Assembly: GCF_964355755.1 (NCBI RefSeq)
Contig: NC_092672.1
Location: 37,082,437 to 37,146,436 of the forward strand
Source: Antedon mediterranea
Lineage: Eukaryota; Animalia; Echinodermata
Direction of reading: 5' to 3'
DNA length: 64,000 nt
The position numbers were made by a program, and so were the translations under genes. This document shows, in pieces, positions 40,201 through 52,965 of this stretch (its first letter is position 1; each line of letters starts with the position of its first letter). The notes under the pieces are model-generated. The model ran no database searches and was not told where the DNA came from. It was given only the letters and a program-made list of their open reading frames with translations.

Positions 40201-41042
40201 AGATTATTAATTATTTCAGAATTCGAAATATTATGTACGTAACATTGTACGTATAATTTTCGTATCGTTATCATTGTACGTATATACGTATCTTTGTATT
40301 CATAAAATACGTATCTTTGTACGTATACTATGACGTATCATTACGTGTATCAATGTCGTATCAATACATATTACGAATATTTGTACGCCTAAAATAAGTA
40401 TCTTTGTACGTATACTATTACGTATCATTGTACGTGTATCAAATGTTGTATCAGTACATATTGCGTATCTTTGTACGAATAACATACCGTACGTGCCTTT
40501 GTACGCATAACATACGTACCTTTGTACGTATATTAAACGTATAACCAGTACGTATAGTATACGTTGTACCTATCATTGTATTTATTATTGTGAATACCAT
40601 CGACTTTTGACATGTTATAGATCTATATGCATGTTCTTTATTGTAAGTTCAAACGCCTAAATCATGCCGGTTGTATACCCGTACAAGTTATAATTAATAT
40701 AATTTCTGTCAGCGCCTGAGGCAATAATGTAAAGTAAGATGCCTCAATTTGATGTCACAAGAACAACGTTAATCACCGTTAAACAGCCGTTGTATCAAAA
40801 TGAAAGCATCCCGCCGTACGTACTTCGTTTATTTGATATTCACTTTCTTGCGCTTTGTTTTTGAAAATTATATACCTATCGTGATCGCTGTTACGGTCAA
40901 AGGGAAAAGACCTATAACTAAACTATTACAAAACAGATAAGGTTAGATAAATACATGGCCTATGTTAGTACTGTACTTTATACTTACCTCCAACCAGGCA
41001 AGTTACAATTGTAGCGAAGAGAGTAATGTAAGATGTTTGCAT
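34069..41042 (-). CDS. Nicotinic acetylcholine receptor alpha subunit, gene B; join(40988-41042,37574-37713,37117-37161,36133-36242,34753-35562,34489-34666,34069-34272), 513 aa
   Basis: Open spliced frame with all GT-AG introns: MQTSYITLFATIVTCLVGACSGSESQEKLY...; Cys-loop [15 protein letters not shown]; GSWTY; loop C YPCCVEIY; M2 [22 protein letters not shown]; M4 EEDWRFVGLVIDRLLLW. Confidence 0.95.
34305..34389. mobile_element. Short MITE family 1 copy in the last intron of gene B
   Basis: tta|AGCTCTGTCTACAC...GTGTAGACAGAGCT|tta. Confidence 0.8.
34489..34666 (-). CDS. Gene B exon 6 (intracellular loop, MA helix)
   Basis: acacag|A TAC ACG...KELLQSINFIKETLTIADDIDQ|gttaga; 178 nt; phases match both neighbours; aligns with [22 protein letters not shown] of gene A. 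Confidence 0.88.
34753..35562 (-). CDS. Gene B exon 5 (Cys-loop to M3, start of intracellular loop)
   Basis: ttttag|A GCC GAG GGC...TAC AAC AA|gtaagt; lies within ORF 34749-35615. Confidence 0.95.
35688..35836. mobile_element. Small MITE-like element in gene B intron 4
   Basis: GTTTGCGGTACAC ... GTGTACCGCAAAC 13-bp inverted repeat; the same left end recurs at ~24239. Confidence 0.5.
36133..36242 (-). CDS. Gene B exon 4
   Basis: tgcag|RWVDNKLSWDPDKFEGIRQIHLPIDSLWKPDIVLYN|gtaatg; 110 nt. Confidence 0.96.
36305..36375 (+). mobile_element. Degenerate tRNA-like SINE head
   Basis: Degenerate A box (TGACCTTGGTGGTTAA), TTCCAA anticodon-loop-like segment, B box GGTTCAATCC; acceptor stem does not pair. 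Confidence 0.45.
37117..37161 (-). CDS. Gene B exon 3
   Basis: tgcag|DEKNQIMITSVWVKE|gtaagt; 45 nt. Confidence 0.96.
37574..37713 (-). CDS. Gene B exon 2
   Basis: tttcag|...[38 protein letters not shown]|gtaagt; 140 nt. Confidence 0.96.
40235..40580. repeat. Degenerate TACGTA-rich tandem repeat in gene B intron 1
   Basis: Recurrent TACGTATCTTTGTACG / TATCATTGTACG units. Confidence 0.8.
40988..41042 (-). CDS. Gene B exon 1 (signal peptide)
   Basis: MQTSYITLFATIVTCLVG followed by GAG|gtaagt; 55 nt, phase 1. Confidence 0.88.
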
Positions 41043-41936
41043 ATTGATGGTGAGACCGGTGACAAATTCTTGAGTCGTATCAATATGGTGAACTTCCAGA
41101 TACCATAGGCCTATTCCTTTTTGCGGTTTGTTTTCTATACTATTTGTGTTGCTATTTAGTACTGTCTTTAGCAGTCTCGCTAACGTCTCTGTTTATTGTC
41201 CGGATACAGTTCCTATTGTCGATTATCGATGACAAGTAAATCGGATTGTCTGTGAGATTGTAGCATTTGATTGGTAAAGTCTTCGACACGCATGAATGCA
41301 CTTTTTGCCAGACGATAAAATAAGACTAGTATCTCGAACGTTGATGAGATCGATATCTAATTTGATAGCATTTTCAGCTTATGTTATTTGATATCAAGAG
41401 GTATCACGTTGTTATGTATACACTTTAAAACAATTTGTGCATTTCTACGTAAGATTAAGAAACTTAGTGCTTAAAACATCAGATCAATAGATCACTCCAG
41501 CAACAATAGGCCTAGTTATATCACGGCAAAATGTTTAAAATTTAAATACTTAAAACTCTAGTATTAGTAAAATACTACCTTGGAGTATCATTGGTGTAAT
41601 CCAGAATAAATGTAACAATCCCATAGTGTCCAATTCACTGACCATTATTACATCGTGATGACTAACCCATTCTTAAATCGTAACGGTAATGCTTTGTTTG
41701 ACAATGGGGTTCTCCAGTTTTTACATTATAGTCGTGAGCAGTCGTATGTTTCCGCGTGACAACATGCATGCAGCGAGATTCATTAGACGACCCGTCACCA
41801 GACTAGGCGTTTGAGTCTAAGCACATTGTGCGCATGCCCATATAATGCTGTGCGCAGTATTTATGACTCTTCTATTCAAAAAGTTGCTAGTGTCTTTGAA
41901 GTAGACAAAATGAAAAGTTGCGCTTCTTTGTGTCAC

Positions 41937-44900
41937 TAGTCCAGTCAATCTAATGATATACCCACCACAAATTGCAATAGTAACAAAGTAAGTATTTTTG
42001 AATTCCATATAAAGTGTAGAACGACATACTAAAAGTCACCGAAAATCCAAGCATTGGGTCAAGGGGTCAGAGGTCAATAAAGGTCATTTTAAGTCAAAAT
42101 TAATATGCCCCATTAATTACATATATTTAACCATTTGAAATACATTATATACAAGTGTGATTTATGTCATCCGAAAGCTTATTAAATTTCCTATTCAGTG
42201 ATATCAAACTTATAGTCATAACATTTTATTTAGCATGTCATTTTTGCGGAAAAACACAACATAATGTGTCAATTTTGGCTAAAAATGTTGTTTTCGCTCT
42301 AAACAACAATGGTATACACACAGGGATACCCTGGGGTGAACATTTCAGTCCAAAGCGATAAACATGACCAGCTCAAGATGCAGATGAGTTCCTGTTCCTG
42401 TTGCTTCTGAATGATCTACATTCCATTTTTTTCCAGATGGCATTTGTGTTGCCATGGTTACAGTATTTATATTGGGATGTGTAAGTATTTTAACGATTTT
42501 TTAACCAGTAGAAATACAAAGATGTTCAACAGCAGTTTGACAATGACCTCCATGTTGTATGACGTTCGGACCATCTGGGCTGGATTGTCAACAGACCTGG
42601 TGATTGAAAAGGTTTCTATGAAAAGCCTCAAAGAAAACCAGAGGTTTGACAAGAGATTTAGGAATGAGTACATCCAGACCAAATCTGCGTTGAATGTAAT
42701 GCCTCGCAATAGTATCAGGGCGTTACTCCAGCAGCGGCCAACATAAGAACTTTGGCCACACGTCAGGAACACAATAGCAATTGAAAAATCCATTTGGTTA
42801 TACGACTCAGAGACTTCATACCATTGACACGGGAGTTACTGCAGGTGACTCGGAATATTGGCAATGTGGTATTAAGCATTGAATATTTTGGACGGATGTT
42901 AAGCCAGAAAGTCTTGCAATGTATTCAAGATCCTGGCAATAAAGTACATACAGGCAAATATTTGTGCATCGATCCTACAGTTCCAGAGGAGACTCGAGGT
43001 GACAACAAGGAAGTTTTTGAACATGAACTTTGTTATCCACCAGCACTTTTTGAAACAACCAACTTACAATACTTTCAGCTAATAAACCAACATGATGCCA
43101 TGTGGAAACAATGAATAGTCTAACACATCCAACTCACTGAATGATGTCCGATAGGCCTACATTCTAGATGGTAGTGCTCTACTGCACAGCATTCCATGGA
43201 ATAGTGTAGAGACTTGATGCGATCTGCCATCATAGTCTTTGATGATTATGAAAGCGGCTCATCCACCAAAGATGGCGCACATGGTAAGGCGGGTCAGGTG
43301 GTAGTATCCCTGTACATTTTACCAGTGACATGTTCCACAAAATAGGATCACTTTCTGTAACAAACGACAATTTATAAATCTTCGTAATTAGTACCGGTAC
43401 TTGAACAAAATGGCAATGAGTGAATGCAGCTGCTGATGCAGATGTTATTTCGGATAGTACAAAAAACCATTGAATCAGCAAACAGGAAAACATCTGTCAT
43501 TATCCGATGACACGGATCTACTAGTGCTCCTCTGCAGTCAAGCAGTTAAGACATCTTGTGATATTCTTTAGACTGGAGCTGAGATGCTGGACTATCAAAC
43601 TGGTTCAAACAGTACTTTTGAGAGACATCTGTGATAACCTTCTGTTTGCTCATGCGATACTGGTGACAAAACATACAGAGTTTTCGGAATTGGAAAACAA
43701 GTGGCTCTAAAAAAAGCTTGTCATTGCACTTATTTCTGACATTATGCTGTAGTCTTCAGATGCAAACAAGCTACAAAGGATGACATTCTGGTTGCTAGAG
43801 AAAATGATTTAGTGTGTGTGTACAATAGACGACCTGGAGAACGTGGAATGCCTTTGACTCCATCCCATCTACAAGTACAACCTTGCATATATAACTTCAT
43901 AATTGTACCACAACCAAGGTACATAACATCATGTTCAAGTTCAAGTTCAAGTTATCTTTTAGCAATGGAGTGGGGTTGATATGTGTACCGAAGATTGGGG
44001 ATTGAAGATCAGATGATGGAAACATGGTTCCTCTACACACAGACTTAAAGCCAGCACCTGAGTATCTCCTTGAACCCTTCAGGGGTAACTATAACTACAT
44101 GTGGTGAATGCAACGGCATTGCAAGAAAAGACAAAGAGAAAGTGATACTGATGACATAGTTGAGTCCTTTTCTATTTGAAGGATTAAACAATATCATCCC
44201 ACACGGGGCAATTCAAATAAAAAGGTCTGGATTAAAATGATCTTACAAAATATACAAAAATATCACAATACACAGTACAATATAACAAGAGTCAAAGTTC
44301 AAGAATTTAAGAGTCGGGTGGCAACTGGCAAAACAGAATTTCTTTTACGGTGTGTTCTACATGCCAGGCATCGAAAGCGACGCCCATGAGGCATGAGCTC
44401 GAAATCACTGAACAAGGCATGGTTAACATTTTTTAGAATAGCTCTACTTATTTCTAGAGTTTGCATGTCACAGAAGGAAGATAAGCTACGAAGTTGACAA
44501 CCTATTAATTTAGAACTTAAATTAACAATTCTTTGTAGTGAGTTTCTCTTTTTGACCCTAAGACTAAAAAACCAGCATATAAAGTAAAACAGTTAAAACG
44601 TTCTCAATAAAGGAATTATAAAAAACCCTGAGAATTACTTTATCGACATTAAAATGGTTCAGCTTCCTTAACAGATAAAGTCTCTGGTGCCCTTTCTTTA
44701 CTATTGCCTCTGTATTTAATTCCCAGCTGAGATTGTCCTAGGTATTTAAAGGAATGGACAATTTTGCTGGTTCGTCATTTATGAGGGCTACCAGAGGGCT
44801 GCGTCCTTTCTCCTTCCTAAAATCTACAATCATCTCCTTGGTTTTGGTCACATTGACTTCCATCTAATGCGGAACCATGGCCGTCCTGTGAATTTTTAAG

Positions 44901-46253
44901 GAGAGACAGCAAGACAGTGTCGTCAGCAAATTTGACAAGATGACTATTGTCCTGTTTGCTGCGACAGTCATCCGTGTATATAATATACAGGAGAGGAGAG
45001 AGGACGCAACCCTGGGGAGGTCCAATACTTGTCATTACGTACATTCGTTGATACTAAAATCATCAAAAATCTATCTATAGTAGGCCTAAATCATGAATTG
45101 ATTCCAAATTATCAAGACTCATTAATTAATCAGCAATAGTACATACCGCTAATGAATTCCAATGTTCTTCTAGCTAGCATCATTTTTCCTATTTCATGAC
45201 GATACAATAGGTACAGGAAAAACATTATTTGCACCAAATACTTCCAATATATAAATAAACATAATTTAGTTTTACGCTATTTTAAGAAAATTTTAGTTTT
45301 CGTAAAAGGTCACTGACCTCTATAGTTACATAACAACTGTTGTATCAATTAGTTTTTAGAGTAAGAAATACATATTATACACATTTGTAGTTATTTAGAT
45401 TTTATTGGCAGGCATAAATGTTACCTCTAAACACAAGTTTCATCAAATGCATCGGCAATTATGGAATAAGACATTGCAGTTAATAATTTTGTTAGGAAAA
45501 ATTTTTTTTTTGTAAAAGGTCAATGACCTTTTGACCTCTAGTTACGTATAACTGTTGTATTAATTGTTTTTTTAATGTATATTAGTAGGATATATACACT
45601 ATACACATTGGTACTAAAGCTATTTAGATATGGTTATAAAACAATGGATTATAGGCATGTAAACGCTACCCCCTACCACAAAATTGTTTACATTTACATT
45701 TGATCAAGAATCAATTTCAATGACAATAGACTAGTACATCATTACTTTTAAAAATTCTTCTAGTTAACATCATGTTTCCTATTCTATATATCGATAGGTA
45801 CAGAAAAAACACAATTTTGATTAAATGCATCCACAATTATGGCATACGATATTACAGTTAATCATTTTTTTTATGGAAAAAAATGAGTTTTTGTAAAAGG
45901 TCAATAACCTTTTGACCTCTAGTTATATAAATAGGTGTTGTATTTTGGTTTTTTAAATTGCATATTAGAAAGACATATATATTCTACACATTGATATCAA
46001 GATTATTGAGATTGGATTATAAAACCACAAGTTATGGGCATAAATGTTACCCCCTACCCCAAAAATATTTACGGAATAAAATCGCTATATAGTTGTTGAG
46101 ATTACGTAAAAAATAAAGTGTTCCAATGCTTCAATTTTCGGTGAATTTTAATATGTCATTATAAACTACATTTGAAATGAAAAAATCAATGTTTCGTTAC
46201 TATTGCAATTTGTGGTGGGTTTACCTCTAAATATCACTAGATTGACTGGACTA
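41937..46253 (+). mobile_element. Academ-type DNA transposon, defective, copy 1
   Basis: Termini TAGTCCAGTCAATCTA...TAGATTGACTGGACTA, imperfect TIR of ~120 bp, 3-bp TSD CAC (41934-36 and 46254-56). Frameshifted protein relics at ~42400-44130: FEHELCYPPALFE, ILDGSALLHSIPW, VFDDYESGSSTKD, DDTDLLVLL, LFAHAIL..DKT..VFGIGK (XPG-like), EDWG, TDLKPAPEYLL, CGEC. TAG termini, 3-bp TSD and XPG/Cys-finger motifs fit Academ. Confidence 0.88.
44178..45044 (-). mobile_element. 5'-truncated Rex1/Babar-like LINE fragment inside Academ copy 1
   Basis: RT motifs GPPQGCVLSPLLYIIYTDDC...LVKFADDT, then QRLYLLRKLNHFNVD and HALFSDFELMPHGRRFR, typical of the Rex/Babar C-terminus. Confidence 0.85.
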
Positions 46254-49200
46254 CACTGCTACTTATACCATTTAATGTATGGTATTCATATTTTAATCTA
46301 TTCGATACGGAAAAATACGTAGTCAATCAGAGTTAAAAATTTTTAGATTCGCTCAAATATATAATGGAAAACAGACCTCACGTTCTTAATTTGAAAATAT
46401 CGTGAACGTCTAGGTTGTAGTGTCACGTCTAAATACATTTATTGGGTAATGAATGCAGCTAATAAAATAATTAAGGATACTGATCACCGCTTGCCGTTTA
46501 TAGTCTAACGCAATTTGGTAAAATACAAGTTCCAATAACTAAGACAAACAGACTTTTAAGCGTTTTATGCATTTATGCACTTAAAAAAAAGTTTTGTGCA
46601 ATAATGTACATGTGTATTCTGTATAGGATTTTTTTTTTAAATATTTAATATTTACCTCTTATTTAGCGTACTATTATTTCATTATGATAATGGACAAATA
46701 AGGCATTTCAGTATTTCAGTATCTGACCTATCTGTAACTGGTCTTGAGGCAATTTGGATAGAGCTACTAGGACAAAAAAGTCAAAATATTCTAATATGTT
46801 GTTTATACCGCCCTCCAAATGCCAATTGTGAATATTTTAATTTGATCAGTGATATATTTGAAAAAGTTAGTATGGAAAATAACGAAATTGTATTACTTGG
46901 CGATTTCAATATTGATTATGTTTTAGACGAGAACCTATCAAATAATCCGATTAATATGCTTGAGAATATGTTTGTCCCAGTTGATAAATGATAAAAAAAG
47001 GGTAACATCACATTCATCAAGGTATAGATTTAATACTCACTACTATACCAGACCAGCACTATTCTAGTGGTGTCGCAAAAATAGCTCTCAGTGACCATTT
47101 TATGATATATAGTTGTATTAAATTTACAGAAAAAGAAAAAAACACAAAACGATCTATCATAGAGATTATAAAGAATTTAATGAAGATGAGTTCATACATG
47201 ATATTTTAAGTTGTCAGAACCTATACAATATTCACAATTTAAATGATGTAGAAAGTGCTTGGGTTATGTTCCGCGACTCTTTTTTAAATATAAGTAATAA
47301 ACATGCGCCTTTAACAAACCAGAGTAAAAAATAGATGTTTTCCCTGGATGACACCTGCAATAATTAAGTTAATCTACAAAAGAGATTATATTAAAAGTAA
47401 GGTAAATGTAAATCCAGAATTAAAATCTGAATATAGAAGACTCAGAAACACTAAAATAAAAAAGTACAATTACTTTAACACTGTTAATATAAAATATAAA
47501 AATAATCCCCAACAAATGTGGAACGAGTTAAATAAAGTAACTGGGAAAAAGAAATGCAATACAAGCACTAATATTGATTGCAATAACTTTAATGAGTATT
47601 TTACCAACATCGGAGTTAAAATGGCAAATTCATTTGATAACAGTTGGAAGAACTCAAGGAAGATCAAAAGAAACAGAAGGAGATTAGTGAATCTTCATTA
47701 ATCATATTGCAATTAAGACAACCAATATAAACCTTACTTATGGAAGAATCTTTAATTGACCTTAATTTAGGCTCCCTTTCATCATCTGTGTTTAATCCTA
47801 GAAATCTTGACGGAGATAGAGATCCTGATAATAACATTCTATAATATGAATTGGGAGTGCAATTACTACACAGATGAACAATTTAGTAGAGAATGTAATA
47901 TTAAAAATAAGTTTACTATTATTCATTTTAATAGTCGTAGTGTGGGTGCAAATTTTGACAAAATCAAAAATTATTTATCAGAGTTGGGAGCATCACCTGA
48001 CGTAATTGCAATTACAGAAACATGGATACGACCTGATAATCCGATTACTTTTCACATTAATGGCTATGTATTTTATAGTATTTCAAGACAAGAAAAGTAT
48101 GGAGGGGGTGTTGCTCTTTTTATAAGAGAAAGTCTTAAACATAATGTTGTTGATAATATGTCATCCGTGATACCCGACTCCTGTGAATATATTTCTGCTA
48201 TTGTCTATATTATTAATTCTAATCCAATTTACATATCATGTATATATCGTGCACCTGGTACAGATATAAAAATATTTACCGACACATTTTCAGATTTGGT
48301 CAAGTCCATGAATGATAAGCGGTTATTTATATGTGGTGACTGGAATATAGATCTACTTAAACATGAGAGTAATTGGGACACTAAATGTTTTATTGATAAT
48401 AGTTTTAGTTTAGGACTTTTTCCTCTAAATACCAAACCAACAAGAATAACAGAAACAACAGCAACCTTAATAGATAATTGTTTCACTTCTGATGTTCATT
48501 CTGTTATAAAAAGTGGTATCTTGATTAACGATATCACAGATCATTTACCAATTTTTACAACAATTAATTATAATGTTACGCCAAGTACTGCACATGAATA
48601 TATTACTAAGAGATATTTTACTGAGGAAATCTGCCAAAAGATTTTATCGATAATCCTGTTGATACTATAAATGGTTTCAATAATTTTTTTGCTACCGTTG
48701 GACCTAACCTAGCCAAAAAAATAACAAGTCAATTTCCAAGTCGTGATAGTCCCAATGATTATATTACAAAACGTATTCCAAATTCTATTTTTTTAGAGGC
48801 CACTTCTACAGAAGAATTAATTACAGAAGTGAACTTATTTAAGTCTAAAAATTCCAACGGACATGATGACGTACCTATGTCAATAGTTAAACACATTATA
48901 TACGAAATCAGTGAGCCATTGACACATATTTTTAATCGTTCGCTTGAGACTGGTATTTTCCTAGATACCCTTAAGATTGCAAAAATTGTTCCCATCTTCA
49001 AAGCTGGGGATAAAAGTAGTTTTTCAAATTATCGACCGATCTCCTTGCTGCCTCAATTTTCTAAAATGTTTGAAAAATTATTTAACAACCGTCTGTTGAA
49101 ATTTATTGACAAATTTGATATTCTATACTCAGGACAATTTGGTTTTGGGAAAAATATGTCCACTAGCCATGCATTGCTTCACTTTTCCGAGTATATACTT

Positions 49201-49404
49201 AAAGAGATGGACAGGTCTAACTATACAATCGGAATTTGTATTGACTAAAGGCGTTTGATACCATCGACCACAATATCCTTATAAAAAAACTTGAAGCTTA
49301 TGATATTCGTGGAATTGCCAATAAATGGATCCAAAATTATCTTTCTAACACAAAACAATTTGTGACAATACGTGGTGATACCACCTCAGAATTAGAGCAA
49401 ATTT

Positions 49405-50201
49405 GGGAAACTAAATTATAGTTTATACACAATACCACCTGGAGTAACCCGGACTCCACTACAAGGACATTGAATATCAATAGATAATTATACCTACACT
49501 ATAGTGACCTCAACAAGTGACAGTTGATGGATGGGTTTGGTACTGCCTCCTTTAAAGTCTACTTTTTAAGGAGAATTGGTATTTTACACAAGGTTACCGT
49601 ACTAATAAATTAAACTTAAAAGACTAGGCGACATATTTATAAAAACAGGTGTCCCTATCAAATAAATCAGATTCACTATACATAGTATAACAAACTGGAC
49701 ATGTATCATTGATGTTACAGCAACTCGCTAGCATCAGTCAGATTTTATTTTCCCACCCAACCATCCCCATCATCATCCCATCTTACTATTATGGTGCTAC
49801 TTAGCTAGTCGTTCAATTGGGCTGGTATAATTCTTGACAAATTATCTCGCCCCCAATAAAATATTATATTCCACGTAGGCCTACTCGGTACTAATAATTT
49901 ACCGACACTCAGTGGAATTCACCTGGGTCCTACTCAGGTCTCATAAAATATCCGTAACACAGCGAACTAGTATGACAAGAGTAGCCCCCGAAATAGCCAA
50001 ATAACAATTAAGAATTACGGTAAATTATTTAAGGTGTGTAGATCACAGTAGTAGCATAAATATATAATACATAAATAAGCAATAATTACTAAGGTATTTT
50101 GTTATTGAGAGTAAGGTACCACGGCAGTGGCTGGTATTAAATATATAATAAATGTTAACCGATGTATTACTGTACTTATATGGTGTTGTGTATAAACAGA
50201 C
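49405..50201. mobile_element. Unclassified 797-bp non-coding insertion with asymmetric subterminal inverted repeats
   Basis: Interrupts the inner-LINE RT frame (SELEQI|LCGIPQG); ATTT duplicated at 49401-04 and 50202-05; GTTTATACACAATACCA (49421-37) is inverted as TGGTGTTGTGTATAAAC (50181-97). Confidence 0.78.
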
Positions 50202-52965
50202 ATTTTATGTGGCATCCCACAGGGATCTATTTTGGGGCCCACTGTATTCCTTTTATATATTAATGACATTTGTAATGCTTCTTCCCTATTGAAATACACG
50301 CTTTATGCTGATGATACAAATATACTTTTTTTCTGGTAAGAACCTGCAATGTATCTGTAATATTATTAATGATGAGCTAAAAAAAATTGATACTTGGTTT
50401 AAGGTAAATAAATTGACGTTGAACCACAGTAAGACAAAGTATATTATTTTTAGTCGCAAAAACAATTATGAACCAACAAATTTAGTTATTAGTGGTGTTG
50501 CAATTGAACGGGTAAATAAAATAAAGTTTTTAGGAGTTATTATTGATGGAAAACTAAATTGGAAGTATCATATTGAATATATTCATTCCAAAATTTCTAA
50601 AAGTATTGGAATTATTTATAAAGTAAAACATTTACTAAATACATCAGCTTTATTTAAATTATATAATTCATTAGTTTTGCCTTATCTTACATATTGTTGT
50701 GAAGTCTGGGATAATACCTTTAAAACTAATTTAAATTGTTTATACATATTACAAAAAAAAGGCACTCAGACTTGTTATGAAAGTCCCATACACCAGTCCA
50801 AAGCCCCTTTCACACAGAGCTGTAAGACGGTAATATTGCGGTAATTCGCGACCGCCGGCTTATGTGTGAAAAATGCCGGCTTCCGTTAGACCGCCTCTGG
50901 ACCTAGTAAAATTGCGGTAATATTACCGTCATAGTCCAGTCAATCTAATGATATACCCACCACAAATTGCAATAGTAACAAAGCTAGTATTTTTTAATTC
51001 TACATAATGTGTAGAACGACATACTAAAAGTCACCGAAAATCCAAGCATTGGGTCAAGGGGTCAGAGGTCAATAAAGGTCATTTTAAGTCAAAATTAATA
51101 TGCCCCATTAATTACATATATTTAACCATATAAAATACATTATATAGAAGTGGGATTTATGTCATCCGAAAGCTTATTAAATTTCCTATTCAGTGATATC
51201 AAACTTATAGTCATAACATTTTATTTAGAATGTCCTTTTTGCGGAAAAAAAAACATAATGTGTCAATTTTGGCTAAAAATGTTGTTTTCGCTGTAAACAA
51301 CAATGGTAAACACACAGGGATACTCTGGGGTGAACATTTCAGTCCAACGCGATACACATGACCAGTTCAAGATGCAGATGAGTGACATCTCCGTTCCTGT
51401 TGCTTCTGGATGATCTACATTCCATTTTTTCCAGATGGCATTTGTGTTGCCATGGTTACAGTATTTATATTAAGATGTATAAGTATTTTAACGATTTTTT
51501 AACCAGTAGAAATACAAAAATGTTCAACAGAAGTTTGACAATGACCTCCATGTTGTATGTATTTGTATTTGTATTTTGTATTTATATTTGTCCTCAAGCT
51601 TAACTGGAAACTGAGGACCATCTGGCTGGATTGTCAACAGACCTGGTGATTGAAAAAGTTTCTATGAGAAGCCTCAAAGAAAACCAGAGGTTTGACAAGA
51701 GATATAGGAATGCGTACATCCAGACCAAATCTGCGCTGAAATGTATGTAATGCCTTGCAATAGTATCAGGGCGTTACTCCAGCAGCGGCCAACATAAGAC
51801 CTTATGGCCACACGTCTCACGTCAGGAACACAATGGCAATTGAAAAATCCATTTGGTTACGACTCAGAGACTTCATACCATTGACACGGGAGTTACTGCA
51901 GGTGACTCGGAATATTAGAAAAGTCTTGCAATGTATTCAAGATCCTGGTAATAAAGTCATATGTGTGCATCAATCCTAGAGTTCCAGAGGAGACTCGAGG
52001 TGACTTTGTTATCCACCAGCACTTTTTGAAACTACCAAATTACAATACTTTCAGCTAATAAACCAACATGATGCCACGTGGAAACAACTTCTTCTGAATA
52101 GTCTAATACATCCAACTCACTGAATGATGTCCAGTAGGCCTACATTTTAAATGGTAGTGCTCTACTGCACAGCATTCCATGGAATAGTGTAGAGATCTGT
52201 AAAAAATATTGCTCTGCCATCATAGTCTTTGATAATTATGAAAGCGGCTCATCCACCAAAGACGGCGCACATGGTAAGGCGGGTCAGGTGGTAGTGTCCC
52301 TGTACATTTTACCAGTGACATGTTCCACAAAATAGGATCACTTTCTGTAACAAACAACAATTTATAGGCTAAATCTTCGTAACTAGTATTTGAACAACAT
52401 GGCAATGAGTGAATGCAGCTGCTGATGCAGATGTTCTTTCGGATAGTACAAACAACCATTGAATCGGCAAACAGGAAAACATCTGTCATTATCCGATGAC
52501 ACGGATCTACTAGTGCTCCTCTGCAGTCAAGCATTTAAAACATCTTGTGATATTCTTTAGACTGGAACTGAGATGCTGGACTATCAAACTGGTTCAACAG
52601 TACATTTGAGAGACATCTGTGATAACCTTCTGTTTGCTCATGCGATACTGGTGACACAACATCCAGAGTTTTCGGAATTGGAAAACAAGTTGCTCTATTA
52701 AAAGCTTGTCATTGCACTTATTTCTGACATGATGCTGTAGTCTTTGGATGCAAACAAGCTACAAAGGATGACATTGTGGTTGCTAGAGAAAATGATTTAG
52801 TGCGTCTGTACAATGGACTACCTGGACAACGTGGAATGCCTTTGACTCCATCCCATCTACAAGTACAACCTAGCATATCGCCAACTTCATAATCGTACCA
52901 CAACCAAGGTACTTAACATCATGTTCAAGTTCAAGATATCTTTTAGCAATGGAGTGGGGTTGATA

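Noticed and set aside
41080-41106. Short uORF (MVSGSSPY*) upstream of the gene B ATG
   Set aside because: The transcription start is unknown, and such short ORFs are expected by chance.
41934-41940. CACTAG at the left end suggesting a CACTA/EnSpm element
   Set aside because: CAC is the TSD; the right end is not TAGTG, and copy 2 has a different flank (TCA).
47807-50844. Endonuclease and RT ORFs as host genes or an active LINE
   Set aside because: Frameshifts, an internal deletion near 48660 and two DNA-element insertions show a dead CR1-like copy.
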